Below are positions 60,585 through 64,000 of a stretch of DNA of 64,000 nt, piece by piece. The position numbers and the translations under genes are program-made. Position 1 is the stretch's first letter. The number at the start of each line of letters is the position of its first letter. The notes under the pieces are model-generated. The model was not told where the DNA came from. It was given only the letters and a program-made list of their open reading frames with translations, and did not search any database. The stretch is from Syntrophorhabdaceae bacterium (GTDB lineage Bacteria; Desulfobacterota; Syntrophorhabdia; Syntrophorhabdales; Syntrophorhabdaceae), in the NCBI GenBank assembly GCA_963666485.2, contig CAXXUO010000009.1:224001-288000 (forward strand). The letters are read 5' to 3'.

Positions 60585-62006
60585 TCAGACCTGGTTCCTG
60601 ATATTGTATTTCTTAAGGAGGCCATACAGCCTGGTCCGTGAGAGCTTGGAAAGCACGCAGGCTTCCTTGATATCACCGGACGATGACAGGAGGTTCCTGA
60701 GGTACATCTCCTCGAGATCGGAGTATGCGTTCCTGCGGAAACTCTTCAGGCTGAGAATTGGCGTTCGCGTCGCGTCACTATTCCCGTTATTATTTTTGGG
60801 CCCGGTGGGCCTGTCCTGTTCGAACATTGATTTCGTGATATGGATCCTCAGTTCCTGCGGAAGGTGCACCGGGAAAAGGGTCTCCTCGTAAAGGCCGGTG
60901 GCACAGGCATGCTCGACAACATGGAAAAGTTCCCTGACATTTCCCGGCCAGTCATAATACATCAGGTACTTCAGGAGTTCGTCGGAGACGTTCTTCCTTG
61001 GTATCCCAAAGCGATGGCAGACCTTTCCAACATAAAAAGCACAGAGGTCCGCGACATCATCCCGGTGCCTGCGCAAAGGGGGAAGGTGAAGGGTCATTGC
61101 CCTTAAGCGGTAGAGGAGGTCTTCCCTGAACTTCCCTTCTTCCACCATCTTTTCGAGGTTTTTGTTGGTTGCCGATATCAGGCGAAAATCGCTCTCAACC
61201 TCTTTTTCACTTCCGAGCGGCCTGAATCGATGCTCCTGCAGCACCCTCAGGAAGGTCTTCTGCAGAGGAAGGGGCAATTCCCCCATTTCATCAAGAAAAA
61301 GCGTCCCCTTATGGGCCTGCCGGATAAGTCCTTCCTGCGATTTGTCGGCCCCGGTAAAAGCGCCTTTTGAGTGGCCGAAAAGTATGCTTTCAACAAGCGT
61401 CTCGGGTAGCGCCGTACAGTCTACAACGACAAAGTTCTCGTGTGCCCGGCGGGAATTATTGTGGATGGACAATGCGAAAAGCTCCTTGCCCGTTCCGGTC
61501 TCGCCGGTGATCATGACGTTGAGATCGGATTCCGCGGCCTGTTTGACGAGGTCCATCGATGCCCGCATCGCCGGGCTGTTGCCGACGATGCCGTTGCGCT
61601 TGATCTCATTGTTCCCGCTCCTGTGCGTGACCTGGCCCCGGTACTGGATGGCCCGAGATAACCGTGAGACCGTTTCCTTCAGGCCGGCCGGTTTGTTGAT
61701 GTAATCCCAGGCCCCCTTCCGGATCGCCCTTTCGGCGCTCTCGGGATCTCCGCATGTTGTCATGACAATAACGGTTGGCTGTGACGCCGATCCCTGTAAT
61801 TGGTCGAGGCAGTCGATGGAATTGCCGTCAGGAAGGACGGAGTCGATGAATATTATATCGGGACCGCTGTTGTGATTATTGCCTACGGCTTCCAGGCAAT
61901 CGCTTAAGGTATGCAGAAATGAAAGTTCGCACCCCAGGCGGACGGCCGCTTGTGTGAACAGGGTACAACTGGGAAATTCCCCGTCGATGACCAGGATCTT
62001 CAACAT
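60585..62006 (-). CDS. Sigma-54-dependent response regulator (NtrC family)
   Basis: REC domain (DSVLPDG), GETGTGKE, FGHSKGAFTGA, FLDEMGE, WPGNVREL, HTH. Confidence 0.93.
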   Translation of the reverse strand: MLKILVIDGEFPSCTLFTQAAVRLGCELSFLHTLSDCLEAVGNNHNSGPDIIFIDSVLPDGNSIDCLDQLQGSASQPTVIVMTTCGDPESAERAIRKGAWDYINKPAGLKETVSRLSRAIQYRGQVTHRSGNNEIKRNGIVGNSPAMRASMDLVKQAAESDLNVMITGETGTGKELFALSIHNNSRRAHENFVVVDCTALPETLVESILFGHSKGAFTGADKSQEGLIRQAHKGTLFLDEMGELPLPLQKTFLRVLQEHRFRPLGSEKEVESDFRLISATNKNLEKMVEEGKFREDLLYRLRAMTLHLPPLRRHRDDVADLCAFYVGKVCHRFGIPRKNVSDELLKYLMYYDWPGNVRELFHVVEHACATGLYEETLFPVHLPQELRIHITKSMFEQDRPTGPKNNNGNSDATRTPILSLKSFRRNAYSDLEEMYLRNLLSSSGDIKEACVLSKLSRTRLYGLLKKYNIRNQV

Positions 62007-62239
62007 GACCCGATATTCCCTGGAGCCGGTTCGAGACCAGTCTGTGCGTGTTGTCCTTGAAGTTCGCGCATAGGATTACCCCCGTAAACATTGCCCGCTG
62101 CATGTGTCATGTCCCCGGTATTTCCGGGGTACATTCGAGGTCCGGACGGGACCATCTGTTATAGGCTACAACAGAAAAAATCGGGCATCTGTCGCGCAAT
62201 CGACATTAATTTTGTCGTATTTCCGAAACCCGAGTGTCA

Positions 62240-62485
62240 TCATCTTTTACGACCTGTTCCCTGGCCCGAACCGCCTGCCTTACCCAAACCATTCGCGGCA
62301 AGAGCTTTCTCTGCACAAACGGGACAGATCCCGTGTGTCAGGGTTAACCGCGGGGTCTCGCGGGCCGGGGCCGCGGGCATTTCCCAGGTTCCGTCAGTCT
62401 TCTGTACCTTGCCGCACCACGCGCATACCCGGAGCATCCGCCTGTTTTTCTGGCTATATATGTTGCTGAAGTTGGCCGGTTTCAC
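62240..62485 (-). CDS. Small putative metal-binding protein (CAWC...THGICxxC)
   Basis: VCAWCGKV...W...THGICPVC; GTG start overlaps the upstream stop, with AGGAG RBS. Confidence 0.65.
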   Translation of the reverse strand: MKPANFSNIYSQKNRRMLRVCAWCGKVQKTDGTWEMPAAPARETPRLTLTHGICPVCAEKALAANGLGKAGGSGQGTGRKR

Positions 62486-62901
62486 GTGGTGTCTCCTGAT
62501 TTCTTATGAGTATCGCCGGATGAGGCCAGCATCTCGATCGCTATCCGGAGCCCCAACCGGGCGGCCGCGCGAAGGTCCTCGGCCCACCCGCTTCGATCCC
62601 CCGCATTGCCGCAGGCTATTGCCCGGTGGTAATACGCCCAGGCAAGCTGCGGGTCGAGGCGGATGGCCTTGTCATAATCCCGTATGGCGAGCGCGTGCTC
62701 CCCCCGTTCTTCATGGGAGAGACCTTTGAGATAATATGTCCGGGCATCATATTTTTTGCCGGGCCGCTTTATGCCTGGGTCTTGCACATGAAAAAGTCCG
62801 AATGAAAAAGGGTCATCATGCCCTGGATGCGCTCCATTCAGTTGCCTTTCGCCTGTCCTGCCTTTCCGGTGCCTCGGCATATCTCCCCTTATAGTCTGCA
62901 C
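62482..62901 (-). CDS. Tetratricopeptide-repeat protein
   Basis: YYLKG...AIRDYDKAIRLDP..A.AYYHRA...DLRAAARLG; start uncertain. Confidence 0.7.
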   Translation of the reverse strand: MQTIRGDMPRHRKGRTGERQLNGAHPGHDDPFSFGLFHVQDPGIKRPGKKYDARTYYLKGLSHEERGEHALAIRDYDKAIRLDPQLAWAYYHRAIACGNAGDRSGWAEDLRAAARLGLRIAIEMLASSGDTHKKSGDTT

Positions 62902-63060
62902 GATATTTGCGGCAGTTTACGTGCCCGGGCATCAACCCGTCTGCTATTCACCGCTTGTTATCATGATAGAGGAAAGAAACGGAAACTTCTGTCGCCCGGC
63001 CAACAATTGTGATGTCATATATAAATAGACGTCGGATATGAAATGGGGATTACAAAGAAA

Positions 63061-63192
63061 ATAGGCGAAGGGCTATAGGCAATGGGTAATGGGCAGGTTT
63101 GAACAATTCCCCCGTTCTTCCTATTGCCTATTGCCTATCGCCTATTGCCTATTGCCTATCGCCTATTGCCTATCGCCTATTGCCTATTGCCT
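63061..63192. repeat. Inverted heptamer-repeat element with expanded arm
   Basis: ataggcgaagggctataggcaatgggtaatgggca, then about 10 cctattg/cctatcg units at 63120-63192. Confidence 0.9.
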
Positions 63193-63843
63193 TTATTCTA
63201 TCGTTGTCAGCCCGTACCGGATGGCAATCTTTACGAGGGATGGCATGTCCTTCACGCCGAGCTTGTGCATCAGGCGGCTCCGGTATGTTTCAATAGTTTT
63301 CGGCGACAGGAACATGATGCCTGCTATCTCGGCGCTCGATCTTCCTTCGGTCACCAATTGCAGTACCTCGCGTTCACGTTGCGTCAGGCGTTCGACGGGA
63401 TTGCCGGTCTTTGGCTCCCGGGCGGTGAGATATTCGTCGACAATGCGGTCTGAGATCTTCTGGCTCAGGTATCGCGTTCCCCTGTATACTGCCCTCACGG
63501 CCGCAACGACTTCCGTTCCGGCAGATTCTTTCAGAAGATAACCCCGGGCGCCGGCTTTTAATGAACGATATATATGCTCAACTGTTGAATGCATGGAAAG
63601 AATAATAACCCGGACGGACGGGCACTCCTCGATTATCCGGCCGGCTGCCTCAATACCATTCAATTCGGGCATTGAGATGTCCATGATGACTATATCGGGG
63701 CTGAACTTTTTTGCCTGTTTTATGGCATCCCGCCCGTTGCGTGCCTCTCCTTTCACGATAATATCGGGCTGAGATTCCAGGAGCAATTTGAGCCCGTCCC
63801 GGACGATCGCGTGATCGTCGGCGATCACAACGCTGATGCTCAT
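63193..63843 (-). CDS. NarL/FixJ-family response regulator
   Basis: [28 protein letters not shown]...[24 protein letters not shown]. Confidence 0.93.
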   Translation of the reverse strand: MSISVVIADDHAIVRDGLKLLLESQPDIIVKGEARNGRDAIKQAKKFSPDIVIMDISMPELNGIEAAGRIIEECPSVRVIILSMHSTVEHIYRSLKAGARGYLLKESAGTEVVAAVRAVYRGTRYLSQKISDRIVDEYLTAREPKTGNPVERLTQREREVLQLVTEGRSSAEIAGIMFLSPKTIETYRSRLMHKLGVKDMPSLVKIAIRYGLTTIE

Positions 63844-64000
63844 ATGCGGACCTCCACGCGTATTCGGGTCCCTTTTCCCGGCTCGCTTTCGATCGTGCAG
63901 GTCCCTCCGATCGACAGGGCCCTTTCGGTTATATTGGTAAGGCCCCACCGCCCTTTTTTCTTTGACCTTAAGACCTCATCCCGGTCGAAACCTTTACCAT

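Overview
A GC-rich bacterial window, probably from an anaerobic deltaproteobacterium (Desulfobacterota-like; this is an inference from gene content). From left to right it holds the 5' part of gdhA, a PAS histidine kinase with NarL-family regulators, a secreted D-Ala-D-Ala dipeptidase, and an 11-gene type II secretion (T2SS) operon on the minus strand (order G-D-E-F-H-I-J-K-L-M-C-like). Next come a HAMP kinase/sigma-54 activator pair and two divergently encoded secreted proteins behind a good sigma-54 promoter. A roughly 38 kb minus-strand Wzx/Wzy exopolysaccharide (EPS) locus follows. It carries PEP-CTERM/XrtA-system marker genes but no exosortase, many decorating enzymes (three ATP-grasp, two GNAT-like, FemAB, CapK-like, CapA-like, methyl- and acetyl-transferases), and two giant paralogous secreted PKD/golvesin-repeat proteins. 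The best leads are: (i) a candidate clan-CD (caspase/gingipain-like) His...Cys catalytic pair split by about 500 aa of inserted domains in both giant proteins; (ii) an exosortase-less EPS + T2SS system, possibly with a Pro-rich C-terminal tag on its substrates; (iii) a +1 G in a poly-G tract that fuses an acetyltransferase to a glycosyltransferase; (iv) a family of inverted heptamer-repeat elements sitting just downstream of stop codons. All calls come from motif recognition by eye; no database searches were run.
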